Below are positions 1-13,147 of a stretch of 64,000 nt of DNA, piece after piece. Within the stretch, counting starts at the first letter, position 1, and each line of letters opens with the position of its first letter. Source of the stretch: Tubiluchus corallicola (lineage: Eukaryota; Animalia; Priapulida). The stretch lies in NCBI GenBank assembly GCA_030141605.1, contig JAQGDQ010000036.1, positions 930,001 through 994,000 on the forward strand, in the 5' to 3' direction. The translations under genes were made by a program, and so were the position numbers. Under the pieces are notes generated by a model. The model worked only from the letters and a program-made list of their open reading frames with translations, did not search any database and had not been told where the DNA came from.

Positions 1-3000
1 AGTGCATTATAAACAGGTTATCGACGCGAATCTAAGCATACAATGATACGTTTAACAATCGGCCAATACCATAATTTAAGTACTGTAGTTATGGATTCCT
101 TCCTGGGAACTTTGTTCGAATGTTAAATCAAAAAACAAATGTGAAAACGAAAAAATTTATCCCAACTATGACTATAGTTTAGTAATTTATAAATTACATT
201 AACAAAATTACTGATTTTATTTTTGTTTCCATTATTCTAGCTCTCCAGGGCTGCTGGTAACATGCAGCAAAGAATTAGAAGTTTGTTAATATCAATGATT
301 TACTTGTAACCTACTAAAGCCATGACTGGCAAGTTATCGTTGCCATATCCATTATCGTTTGGATATACCATAGTATAATAAGTGATTATCTTAAGGACTT
401 TCCTCCCTTTCCATCAACCCAATATATTTTATGTGATGGTCACCTGGTGTCTGCAAGTACATATTTTCTCAGTATAAATTTTAATAATAACTTACTTATC
501 CCAAGTATAATGGCCTGGGCCAATTCCTGTATCAGTACCTCATCTAAAAAGCCCAGTTCATGCTGAAGCCTTCATGGTGTTTTCTTAAATAACCTCACAG
601 ATTAAAACTATTATGACATCAGACCTGCAATACAGATGTGCACATTGCTATCTTGCGATTATAATGTTCTCCCTTCAAGTGTGTATTTTAATCTTAACGA
701 AAAATTCAATAATCTCACTAGCCCTGCCCAGCCCAGACAAAAGCACCTCTCTTTTAACGAGTAATGATATAAGGAGAACAGAAAATTGTTTGTGACATGA
801 CTGGCAACAGCTTATAAATTAAACATAATTGCAGCTCATGTCTTTCGAGCCTCGCTGTTACAGCAGCCTACAGGTAGGTTGAAAGCAATCAATGTTACCT
901 ACAGCACTACACCATGATCAACGCTCTTATTGCATACAGCTACAGATTAAGCTTTAAATACGAAAGAGGACAAGCTTGATGACATAATTGCAATCGATAA
1001 TCGTTAAAGCGGCTTTTTGTTTTTGTTTTATAGTATTTTTGAGTTTTTCCTATCGTATGGATGATGATGCCACGGGGCTAACTAGCAGATTAACAAAGAT
1101 ATGGTGAAGGCTATTGTGGCTAGATAATTTCTGATCTAAAAATAATGGCCCAGATAACAAAATCCCTACAAACTAAAACTGATGCAGTTATTATTTCAAG
1201 ATTCATCCCCTATATCCTTCAATACAAATTTAAGGATACATTAGCGTTAGCGCCTTCTGAGGAGGGTACAACAGAAATTTTTGGATAAGGAAGAACGCAA
1301 CTAGTAATTCTATTAAAAGCATGGTAAGTAAAATGACCAAATAGTTTTTACAAATTCCAAAAATAAAAAACAATTTTATTAGTAACTTTTATAAACATAA
1401 ATGCTTAATTATATTAGTTTACAGATGTCATGTAAAGCTTACTTTGTCCTTCGAATCTTTTGATAATTGTTTCAATAAAGGTGTTACGAGGTGCTACATG
1501 CCCTCTCCGTATACCTGGCATGGCTGAAGTGCACTCTGTGTATTATTCTTGACGTGCTGTTGCATAAGTTTTGTGGCATTGCCCCTATAACAGGAATGAA
1601 ATTTAGTCATAAATAAGCGAAAATTATTCATTTATTCATCTTTTTTTAATCAGTAATATGCATAGTCACCCAATCCTATTAACAGAAAACAATGGGCCAT
1701 AATAGATCAAGAAACATTCGTCTGAATTACCGAAATGAAGCCTGATTAGAACAACTATCTAAACTTACATAACAATGAATATTGCCACCCGTATTTTGCA
1801 CTTAAATTAACCTACGTGTTTGATCGAAAAACCAGAAAAAAGTAGTACTACTTTTCAAGTCTTTGGTAGAATTCGGTCCTGGAAATGGACCCACAACCAC
1901 TCATGGAAATCAAGCACGCTACGCAGAGCTGTTACTGCAATTATGGAAATTGTGCATATCGATCCAGATTCACAGCCATACACCAGCATAACTTATATAC
2001 CTTTCTGATCTATATATGCCCGCCAAACCACAGTGATGTTTCTTAACACAAACAACAACACAACACACGTGGCAGCATTTTAACATTTATATTTCACTCT
2101 TGCCTATAATATTTTTCTCTTTATAATACTCGCCATCACCAAAAGAAGGCCAAATTGCTACATAAACTATAAATGTAAGTTGGCTGCGTTTACATTGCCT
2201 CCGTAGTTTTTTCGTGTGTGTGCCAGGATAATCGAGATACACAAATACTTCACGACGAGAGATTTTCCTCAAAGAGAGACTCAACTCTGGTTAAGTAAAA
2301 TCTGATCATTTTGTAGTAATTGCAAAAGATAGATACATACATGTATATTGTAACAAACTTTGAACTTGACGAAACTTGGTTTAGATCTTCTGCAGTTTTT
2401 TACTTTCTTTACAATATCAACATTTACACGTCATTCCTTTGTGGCTCTAGGACCTCTGGTAGGCCCTTTAGCATCATAGCCCCGGGCCAAACGGCTCATC
2501 TGTGGCTACCCCCCTCCCTCGTCCTCGTTCTAAAGTGGCCACGTAGGGAGTTAGCGACAGCCCATCTTCGATGGGAAAGAGATGACCAAATTAGACCGAC
2601 AATAGGCTTTTGCAAGATTTCTGTCGACTGAATTGAGTTCACAGGCCAGATGAGACTGCTGCCCTCCATACAAGGTTAATGAATTTACATTTTGTTTTTT
2701 TTTTGTTTTATTATTATCACATTCAGTACAATATAATGACATTAAGCACACATTGACATCAAAATTATTACGTCATACTGTATTAAATTGTTATGTTTCA
2801 TACACTATCGTTATCATAAAAGAATAATTGTACTTCATTGGGCTAGAGAAGCAAAGGCTTGTTTCTCTAGCCCTCTCTTGTATAAGCCCAGTATGGATGA
2901 GTGAACAACAAAAAAAAAGAACTGGGAGAAAGGTTGATCACACAGGAAGGGTATAAGGATGTGTTACATTTATATTTACATTCTATAACAATCCGGGGTC

Positions 3001-4101
3001 GAAATATTTTATTTTTTCTGCGGAACACTGTTTGCCTTGCCAAAATAAAAATGAGCAAATGAATTTTCATGCAGAGCAATAATCTGTTTTTACTTTGCCT
3101 AGCTTTTATGCTGAATAATAATTAATGTAATCATTTGTGATGTGAAGCATAAATATGACTACTTTCTTATAGCTTATGACTTATGTATTACAACTGAGCG
3201 TGCATTTAGGTAGTAATTATTATAGGAACCAATTACAGCAAACCCTTTTTTATTCTGTCGTCTATTTTGGGTCAACCACAATATTTCAATTTAAAACACG
3301 ATCAATACCCATACATGTACGGTATTACTGGAAATTCATAGAAGTTTGAAAAACTTTTACGTACACTATAAACAGTCAAACAATGTGCTTATACAATATA
3401 AGTACATTAATACGTCTACTAACCTCGATCACTTGGGTGGTCTTTTTGGAACAATGGCTAATCAAACACCCCTTCTGTTACAAAACACTAAATTTTCACC
3501 AATACATTTTCTTCAGCGTTTGAAACGACCAAATCCTAAAATGTACTCGCAACATTTTTATGAAAGTTCACATAATTACGTCGCTAAAATCACACCACAC
3601 TATTACCACTGTTCAACACGCACGGACTAGCTTAGCAAACTAACTGAATCAAAGCTAAATTGGATCAATGAAAGGATCTGTGAAAATGGGAGCAGCCGCC
3701 CCACCTATTGCGCAAGCACGGAATTGCAATGAAAACACAAGCCTACACTATTATTAATTTTATGTGGAACGGTTAATACAGTGTAAGTGGTTTTAGTTAC
3801 TTTCTAAACAATCATGCAGCAAAATGAGGTACCCATTTGCACTGTATTAAAGCACTCTATCCGCCCTGTTGCAACTGGTAAACGCTCAATATTGTAATAT
3901 CAAAAAATTAACGCTTGTAAATAACAAATAATGTGACAAAATTAACAAAAAATATAATAAAAAACTAATGCAATGTAAGACTCCCAAAACGCGTAATGTA
4001 ATAACCTGAAGTTGAACGCATATTGTACGTAACACCAAAAAACACATACTGTAATGACAAAATTCTATCAATTCTCAGTCATAATGTTATAACGTTATAA
4101 T

Positions 4102-4105
<4 letters not shown>

Positions 4106-4183
<78 letters not shown>
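4106..4183. repeat. (CT)n microsatellite
   Basis: Read directly from the sequence. Confidence 0.98.
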
Positions 4184-4186
<3 letters not shown>

Positions 4187-4587
4187 GCTGACATGTGGAT
4201 ACTTTATTAAAAATTAACGTGACTGATGCTGTGAATTTTGCTTTACTGGTTATACTAAATAATAAGCCTAATAGTCGAACAACGAATACTACTTCAAGTT
4301 AGATACCTGTGCGTAGGCTTACTAATGTATTGAGACACATTTTCTGATTTCACCATGTAACATAATAGTGTTCTAGAATATTACGCATGGTATTGACAAA
4401 CCATATGAGAAGTGTCTCAGGTAAAATTAACTCGAAGTAGTGAAATAACACCATAACCCTTCCAAACAAAGTAAGGAAACGCACCATTCCCACATATTCA
4501 GCACTACGCCCACTAGAATAGATATGTAGTTTTTGGATTATCGGTTTCTTGTAGTGTATGTTCACCCTGCAAAACCCTAAGTTTGCA

Positions 4588-4752
<165 letters not shown>

Positions 4753-5445
4753 TATCAAGATGTGGCCGCTCATGCACGCACGTGGAATTGGAAAGAGCAC
4801 TCGGTAGCTCGCCAGACAGAATGGGCAAGCTCTCTTTTTTTACCAGTCTTAGTTTTGCGCGATACAGTTGCAAATCTGAGAAAAGATTATTTTTAATTTG
4901 GCGCGCATGTTCTCTAATAGTGCATATCAGTCATAGTACTAACTTGCATAGCATAGCAAAGCAATGATCTTTGCAAAAGCTCACTTTATTTTCGAAATCC
5001 ACTCTGCTTTTTGCAAGTGAGGTAAATTAAGTCTGTAATCATTGTATATGTGATTTTCTACTTTATGCGGAAGAAATGGTAGGCTAAGATTAAGTGGGGG
5101 GGGGGGCTAATAAGGTGACAAAGCGGAGGACTTAAGTCATCCTAACGTTTTGAGATTCCAACTGCCTTGCTGAATCTGATAGTTGCACTCCGTGATCCTC
5201 TGTTTGTAATCTACGTTTCAGTCAGTTTTTACTGTCACTCATGAGTTAGAAAAATAAATGACGATGGAAATTTAGTGAAAACTCGAGATTTTATTTTAAT
5301 AAAAATTTATTTAGTAACATCATCTAAATAATTTGTTGTACAAGCACATGTATCTGAACTATCGTTGTGCGCTGCATCTTCACACAGGACCCTGTTGTGA
5401 ACGAGCACTGTGCTCAACCAGGTTTATCCTGCTTAAAGATTTATG

Positions 5446-5592
<147 letters not shown>

Positions 5593-6220
5593 GATAGATG
5601 ATTCCTGCGTGTCAAACCGCTTTTTTCAAATCAGTAAAGTTTAATTACTATACATCTAAAATTACAAAAAGTCGTCGTAAAAACTTGAGTTGGGATATTG
5701 TAGTGTCACACTTACTTGCATGTAGGTAGTTATCTTACTTGTCTAGTTGACATTTACATCGTGCTAGAATGCTAAAATGACCACAGACAAGTGCCCTCTA
5801 CTATCCAACCAAATGTGAACTGAAGCGCTAATTTCTTAACAAGATTGTAAACTACTTGTAGGATTATGTCTGGAGTGAGATTCGCAACAAAAGAAGTGCC
5901 AAAAAATGCATTGTTTACTGAAGGAGTCATGTCCACTTCTCCACCCCTTGTTTTCTTGGCAACTGGTCGACAAGGTGCCAGGCCGAGGCCATTGAAGATA
6001 CCAATGGTGTAATAATTCCTCCTCCTAGATAATTGGGATCATAAACACTCAGCAAGATTTGTTAACACCTGTATTGTGTTGCTAGATTGGAATCGACGGC
6101 TGCAGCAGACAGTTACAGAAGACTTGTTCCATGTGGTACCTAGATGAACTCACGCACATTATATTTGGGAGAAAGCAAACCATCAGACGTTCTTTCTTAA
6201 TCGCTTTCTTGAACTGAGAA

Positions 6221-6442
6221 ATGGATATGAAAATCATTTTCTTACTAGCTCTTTTAGAGTTATGTGCAGCACAAGGATACTTATGGAACTGGGCATGGAC
6301 TAATCCTGTAAGAACGGACGACAGAGCAGACAGAGAAGAAACTACACAGCGAGATGCAAAGCACTTCCACGAAAGGAATATTCATCGTTCTTCGGACCCA
6401 GCCAGCAACAGAACAGAGAGAAAATTCTATAGCGTTTACCAG
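6221..6442 (+). CDS. DKK3: Dkk3-like exon 1 (signal peptide and N-terminal region)
   Basis: ATG at 6221, hydrophobic signal peptide, CAG|gtataa donor, phase 0. Confidence 0.8.
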
Positions 6443-8827
6443 GTATAAATTATTGTAAGCATTATTGTAGTTACTTCCATAACAGAATCGCAATCTTTTG
6501 ACATTTAAAAGCAATCTACGAACATTTGCATTATGTAATGTGATTCATCGAATTAAGTTAGGGCATTTTAAGACTCTTCTAAGAAAGAGTTTAAAAAATC
6601 GGATAAACAACAATAATAATAGTAATAATAATAAAGAATAATAATAAATAAACGTTTGATTTCCAATAAGATTCTGCAAGTATTGCAGAAGCTTATTTAG
6701 ATACATTTATTGCCTGCTTTCTTAATCAGTAATAATCGTACTAAAATTAAAATAACGTTGGCAAATTGAAATAATTTATATCGTTGTTAGAAACCTTGCG
6801 AAAATGACAAGAGTTGTGGAAAAGGAAAATACTGCGACAAACACTACGGTACTTGTGAGCAACACAAACCGTTAGGAGTTTTATGCAGGAGAGATGGGCA
6901 TTGTCAAAGAGGGCTGGAATGTGTTTTTGGAAAGTGTCGACATAGAATACCCGAAGGATACCTAGGTAAGCATTTAGCAGTAAACACCAGACTACCAAAC
7001 GTATTCTTGAGCAAATTATTTCGATAAATAGTTTTGTTAACTACAAATATTAAGGCTGTCCACATGATATAGGAATCATGTTGTGCATAGGAAACCCCCG
7101 CAGGGATTACATCTATGGTTATAGGAAGGATGCATGGCTTCCCATAGGCAATGGACGAGAATCCGCAATGAACTTTTTTATCATACAATTCAGCATTCTG
7201 CAGTCGGGAACCAGCACTCAGTGGCATACGACTATATGATGTAAAACAGTTGTGTTCATAACGAAGGCGTTTTAACAGACGGCAGAGGACTGAGAGGAGT
7301 CACGTTTGGACGCGTTTACATCGTTCCCCAGCGAGAGAAACAGTTCGTTGAAAGAGCGTATGTAGTATGTACACAACTAAACCAGGGTGTAAACCAACAT
7401 CGCCTTGGAGGCCTGGCTTGGAATTCCACTGCTTGCTCCAACTTTGATCGGGGCTTAATACAATCAAAGTATTAAAACACGTGTGAAGAAGTGTCATTAA
7501 AAATATAATTACTGATTTTGTTCAAGCCAAATGCACTAAATCTATAGATTCATCTATTCATATTAAAGTCATTCAGATTTTGAAAATACAGTTATTGCTT
7601 TCATTACAGACTATAGTGAGAATTACAGAACGCTTGCTTTAACAAGTTGGGTATAGCCGTGTTGTCGGGTATTTCGCCAACCAAAAAATTGCAATTTTGC
7701 AATCGGTCATTCAACTTGGTGTTTCATCGATCTCGTCAACTCAGCAGTCAACCAGCTAAATATCATCCAGCCGACTGATAAGCAAATAGCTTGCTAACCG
7801 GTTAGTTAACCAGCCAAGTACCAGCCAACTATAGGCTAGACGACATGCATTTTGCTGTCAGCTGACGAACTAGACAACAAAAAAAACAGCTATTTGTCAG
7901 CCTGACTTGCTAACCATCAATCAATCATGCCAAAAGACCATTAACCAAGGAAGCAATTAACCGACTAACCGATTGACCAACAACCGCCCACTCATTAATA
8001 TCTGAAGTGATTGATAATCAGTCAACCAATTAACAAACGCAACCAAATAGCTAATCAGTTGCCCGAATTAGATCTTTAATAGCTCCCAATAACTTGTCGT
8101 AGGTATAGGCCTATATCAGCATGTTTTTTTTATAAAATCTTTTAATATATATTTTTTAATTGTAGAAGCTCGTTGTAAACATGATAGTGATTGTGGACCC
8201 AACCAATGTTGCGCCAAACAACATGGCGAACGAGTCTGTAAAGCCAAACTTGCAATAGGAACAAAATGCTATGTTCCTGATGGAGGAGTGGACTACAGTC
8301 TCAATCAGCTTTGTCCATGTGAATCGGGCTTAGTGTGCAAATACAGGCCAAGACAGAAACGACGAGAGTGAGTAAAAGTTTCTCATTTCTCAGCTTACTT
8401 ATTCACCAGTTTTATTATTTTGAGAATCCTGCACTTAATAGTTAATGCGAATGATACGATTGTAGGCCTGCTTAACCCATTTGGTATAAAATTACTGTCA
8501 TCAGAACAATACATGGTTTATAAAAATATAATGCAAGTTTAAAAACAAAATTCGCCTTTAAAATAAAACTTAAGAAGATTTTATTGGTAAGCAGGTTTCA
8601 TTCAGTAAGACTTCTTTCATTAATATGGTTTTGGAATATATGCTTGAATGCAGATATAAACTTGAAAATTACTCTTTAATATTTCACCAGTTTTACAAAG
8701 AGTACTGACTTGTGCTCGAGGCTTCTAAAAGCTTTCCTCACAAGCTTTTTTTATTTTTGCTAGGGAGGAGTTCGAATGGCAGTTTTGGACAGACTACGAA
8801 GACATGAGATGTGTTCCAGCATTATGA
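6221..8827 (+). CDS. DKK3: Dickkopf-3-like secreted protein, 4 coding exons (6221-6442, 6791-6965, 8166-8367, 8764-8827), 220 aa
   Basis: Signal peptide MDMKIIFLLALLELCAAQG. GT-AG introns in phases 0, 1 and 2 give one open frame of 663 nt. Cys-rich domain 1 is CENDKSCGKGKYCDKHYGTCEQHKPLGVLCRRDGHCQRGLECVFGKC. After a short linker, the colipase-type domain 2 is CKHDSDCGPNQCCAKQHGERVCKAKLAIGTKC...LCPCESGLVC...MRC. Two Cys domains joined by a short linker is the Dkk3 arrangement. Orthology was assigned by recalled similarity only. Confidence 0.8.
6791..6965 (+). CDS. DKK3: Dkk3-like exon 2 (Cys-rich domain 1)
   Basis: gttgttag|AAACCTTGC...TACCTAG|gtaagc; translates KPCENDKSCG...CRRDGHC...CVFGKCRHRIPEGYL. 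Confidence 0.88.
8166..8367 (+). CDS. DKK3: Dkk3-like exon 3 (Cys-rich domain 2)
   Basis: ttgtag|AAGCTCGTTGT...CGACGAGA|gtgagt; translates ARCKHDSDCGPNQCC...CPCESGLVCKYRPRQKRR. Confidence 0.88.
8764..8827 (+). CDS. DKK3: Dkk3-like exon 4 (last Cys and stop)
   Basis: ttttgctag|GGAGGAGTTC; translates EEFEWQFWTDYEDMRCVPAL* and supplies the tenth Cys of domain 2. Confidence 0.82.
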
Positions 8828-11800
8828 TCTCGCACAGTTCAAGTTCTGTTTAAATTGCCTGTTTTGGTGTTATGATTACGTGATAAATATTTATTATGTT
8901 ATAAACCTGTTTAATTAATGTTAAGGTTTTGTATCTAGCAAAGTGTGTTCTTAGTCATTCTGCTACTTGCTTGGCTGTTAAAGCAGCCTATATTCAAAGC
9001 ATTGGTAGGTCAATGAAGAAGAATCTATCAACTTCCAAATACTCCAAACTACTAATGTCACAAAACACTTATTTGATGTGTAGTACCAAAATATTTTTTA
9101 ATCACACGATTTGCTGACAAATCTCTCCCCAGGAAAAATGTTAGCAATTATAGTTTATACTGTAATGGCATGTTGCCTGATCATGTTATTTTAAAGTGTA
9201 ACCGTTACTTAGTCATGTACATAAAAATGTAAAAATGTAAATAAGAATATAATTTACAATAGACAACTTAATTCTTCATTTTACGTAAAATCAAGCAGAT
9301 CGGTTTCGTGTTTAACAGCTATTTTAAAAAAATTTCCACGAGCGCACAATGTGGCTACAGATCTTAAAAAAATCTTTGAGTTCACTTTACTGAACGCATG
9401 GACACTTTACTTTGAAGATCGAGTAATTGAAGACATATTAAAATTGATTAACATCACAGGTAAATCAAATACAGATTCAGATCAGATTAATTCTAGTCGA
9501 GTTACAATCTGGATGTTACAATTGCAAAAACAGCAAAAATAAACATCAACAGAAAAATCCAGCTTGGAAGACTTAATTAAGAGCGTTTATAAAAAATAAA
9601 AATGAAAAACACTGACAGTTCGTTTGTTTTACCTTAAATATCGCCTTATTCATAATAGCCACTTTATTCATCATAGCCAGTTTATTCATCATAGTCACTT
9701 TAAACAGAAATTACACATGGGAATAAAATACAATTATTATAAGCAAGCGAGTACACATGTACATGTACACATACACATGTATCAGAAGAAAGTAAACATG
9801 ATACCTAAATCACACAAAATCAGTGCCAGGCTTCGCATAGATAACAGTTCACAAATATTTCTAGACCTAACTCATTTCCAACTTACAAAAATTTCTTCAC
9901 ACTAAAAATAAAATTATATTGAAGAACTTACAAATGTATGTAGACTTACATGCTTTTTGACATAAGATGAAAATCACTATTAGAATATCAAGTACAACAA
10001 TGCACAAGAACGATTATATACATGTCATGATGAAGTGTATTATACTTCATTTACCATTTTAAAACACTTCACGCTGTCAAAAACTGACAAATCTTATTTC
10101 AATTTTTAGTAATTTTTAAGAGCTTTCTGGCAATATAATAGGTCGAAATTTACACCATGCAATTACTACAATATCATTAGCAGCTTTTATAAAGACACGA
10201 ACATTAGTAACTTTGTTTAAGATTTGGACAAAGTGATTATAATAAAATGAAAAGTGCAATATTTACATACATTTACGATAAGCAAACTGCATACTTAGTT
10301 GTATGGAAAACACTCCAAGAATTTTTAATTTAAACAAGAAAATGATAATTATCATAGATATTTTGTAAATCTGAGATAGAATGAAATTTACAATAGTATA
10401 ATCTCAAAAATCATCACACGAATCATTACTTTATTAGAAAGTAAATCAAGGTTATTTTAGAATGACACGATTCACTAGTAGCCTTATTGTAAAATTTACA
10501 CTTCAGTAATTATTAAAAGAAATACATAGTACAATCGTAAACTACAAATAATTATGCCCCTATCATAGCAGCAAGATTTATCACAAATCAGTAAAAAGAA
10601 TTCCAAGTAAAATGAGCTCTGGAAGTTGTCTCTAGACAAGATAGATGGGTTTATTATATTTGTAGGTAGGTTCACAGTAATAATGCAAATACAGTATAAT
10701 TACTAACACCATAACAGTTATGATGAAATATTGACGAAATTAGTCAGTCACATTTACAATATTTTAATGTTACTCTTTAAGTGCACTGTCTATGAAAATT
10801 TGTACACTTACACAGAAACAAACAAGAAACCAGCCTCAAATGTTATTTAAAAAGAATAAAAAGAGCTACTGGAAATCACGAGAGCTTCATCTTAAATGCT
10901 TGAAATAAATAATTGAAGTAAATGGTTTTTTCAATAATTGAAATATTTTTTGAAAAATGACAAAAGAAAGTTTTATGTGCCGACTGCAATGTAATTAAAA
11001 CTGCTGACTGAATTAGCAGTGCTGACACATACAATAAAAATTCTCTAAACAGTCATTTACTACAAAACTTATGGTTGCAAAAATACCTGAGAAATTTATT
11101 GAAGAAATGTTCTTCAAGGAATGCTTCTCAATAAGTTTGTAAGTGAATATTATGCAATTTCAAACAGTTTTTTTAAAAAATATGGCACAGACATGGCAAA
11201 AATAGATACAGCATTTAAAAAAAGCAAGAGCTTGCCTAACCTGACTATACTGCACTAATCTGGACAAATTTCACTGTGTATGAAAGGGCTTTTAATTCAA
11301 ATCCCGTCATTGGTAACTAAACCTAAATGGCACACACGTATTATTAAATACTGAGAAGCAAAGTTTAAGCTCAAATATTTTGAAATTGGTCTGTGAACTG
11401 ACTCCAATTACAAAACGTCACAAGTTACAATCTATAAAAACACAACACATTATAAACAATTCTATTGATCCCAGTTTAACAAATAATTACTTTATCTGAA
11501 ACAAGTATCATAAAATCATTATAATTTCCTACAATATTTCCTAAAATAAAAGACAGACAAAGTATACACAATATTTACAGCTAAGAAAATAGCATCATGT
11601 TCGTGGGCTCTCATATAAATTACAAGCAAATATAATAATACATAACAGTTTACACAAAAATGCATGCACTCTATGAACAATTTAAAGCCAGTTTAGATAT
11701 GCACAATCAAATTTTCACACAAGCAGTACACTTACTGGTGCCACTTAAATATAATACAGAATTAATACTGATGAAAACTTTTAATATATCTTTACTCAGT

Positions 11801-12994
11801 ATAGCATATTGAAAAAGGCCTGACAAAATGTCAATTTTGTTACCAAATCACAACATGTTATAATGTAGACAGTGTTGAGTTGAATGTGTGCTGTACATAT
11901 TTAATTAATGCCAGATATATTGAATGGTTTCTTTACAAAAAAAATAACAGTCTGCACTCTTCCAGTTTTACAAATGGTTTATAAGTTACTCTAGTATTTT
12001 TTTTAGAAAAAAAACAAGACTGTGAAAGTTCTCCATTTTAGGACTAAAATTTCCCCAGTTTTAGAATGATATGGAAACACAGCCTTAACGGAGCAAAAAA
12101 GCACTTGGTTACATACTCTGCATCGTTACTAAACATAGCAAATTATATGTATATGTCAGCATGTATCATTACAGTTATGTATGGCCAAACTTAAGAATGA
12201 AGGCACCTCAACTGAAAACAGTAGCAACGACGCAATTAACAATAACAAACTGTATTTAAAAAAACTTTCTCATTAATCCCGATTACAAAAAAAGTTTATT
12301 TCGTAATACTAAATATTGGCTTATTGCACTACATACCACATTTTCTACAAATTTTACCAATTCCCACAAATTTTTTAATTGCTGAAATGAAATCACTTTT
12401 TATTTATGTACTATTTTAATGTTTACTTCACAAATTATTATGGTACAATGAATCAGCTTCATATTTTCTAAAAACTACTTATTTCAGTCTTCACATTTCC
12501 CCCAACCTAATCATCAAAATAAAAAACAAGCATTTGAGAACTTACCAAATTAAAAGTTACGTAGTACATAGGTAGCAAGTTGACAAATGTTATAAAATGT
12601 GATTCTTACACATAATCACAATTTTTTTGTATACAACAGCAATTAATTTTTAAAGGCTGAGCTCCAAGTATTATCACCATTGCTATAAGTGGCAAACCTG
12701 AGCATGATTCAGACTAGAAATTCTAATCAGTTATATGTAATTGCTTTCCCAAGAGCACAGAAGCAACAGCAATACCAAGAAAAGAATGTTATTATGCTAT
12801 ACTAGCAGATTAACTTGCTAGTTAAATTGGCTGCTGGCAATTTATAATAACATCAGTAATCAGTCAACAGCAACATAAGATTTGAATTGATTTCTACACT
12901 GATAGTTCAAGTATCATCGGCATCTTTGGTTGCCATTTTTAAACACCCATTCATGTTTCAGTGGTGTTGAGCATTTCAAGGAATCCAGGCACAA

Positions 12995-13147
12995 TCAGCG
13001 AAGATGGTTGTTTGTTTGTTTTGGCTTACTGTTTAACTTGCCATCAATATCATTGTGACTGGTAGCGATCTTTTTGATGTTCTGATTTTCTTCTGGCTCA
13101 CCAGATGAAAGTTCCTCATCAGACGAACTTCGGTCGTCCTTTTGTAC
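12995..13147 (-). CDS. CERS: CerS last coding exon (acidic tail)
   Basis: ttaaacag|; translates VQKDDRSSSDEELSSGEPEENQNIKKIATSHNDIDGKLNSKPKQTNNHLR*. Confidence 0.9.
   Translation of the reverse strand, partial: VQKDDRSSSDEELSSGEPEENQNIKKIATSHNDIDGKLNSKPKQTNNHLR

Noticed and set aside
3775-3849. Small inverted repeat taatacagtgtaagtgg / ccatttgcactgtatta
   Set aside because: Probably a tiny Tc1-type MITE remnant, too short and single-copy in this window to support a call.
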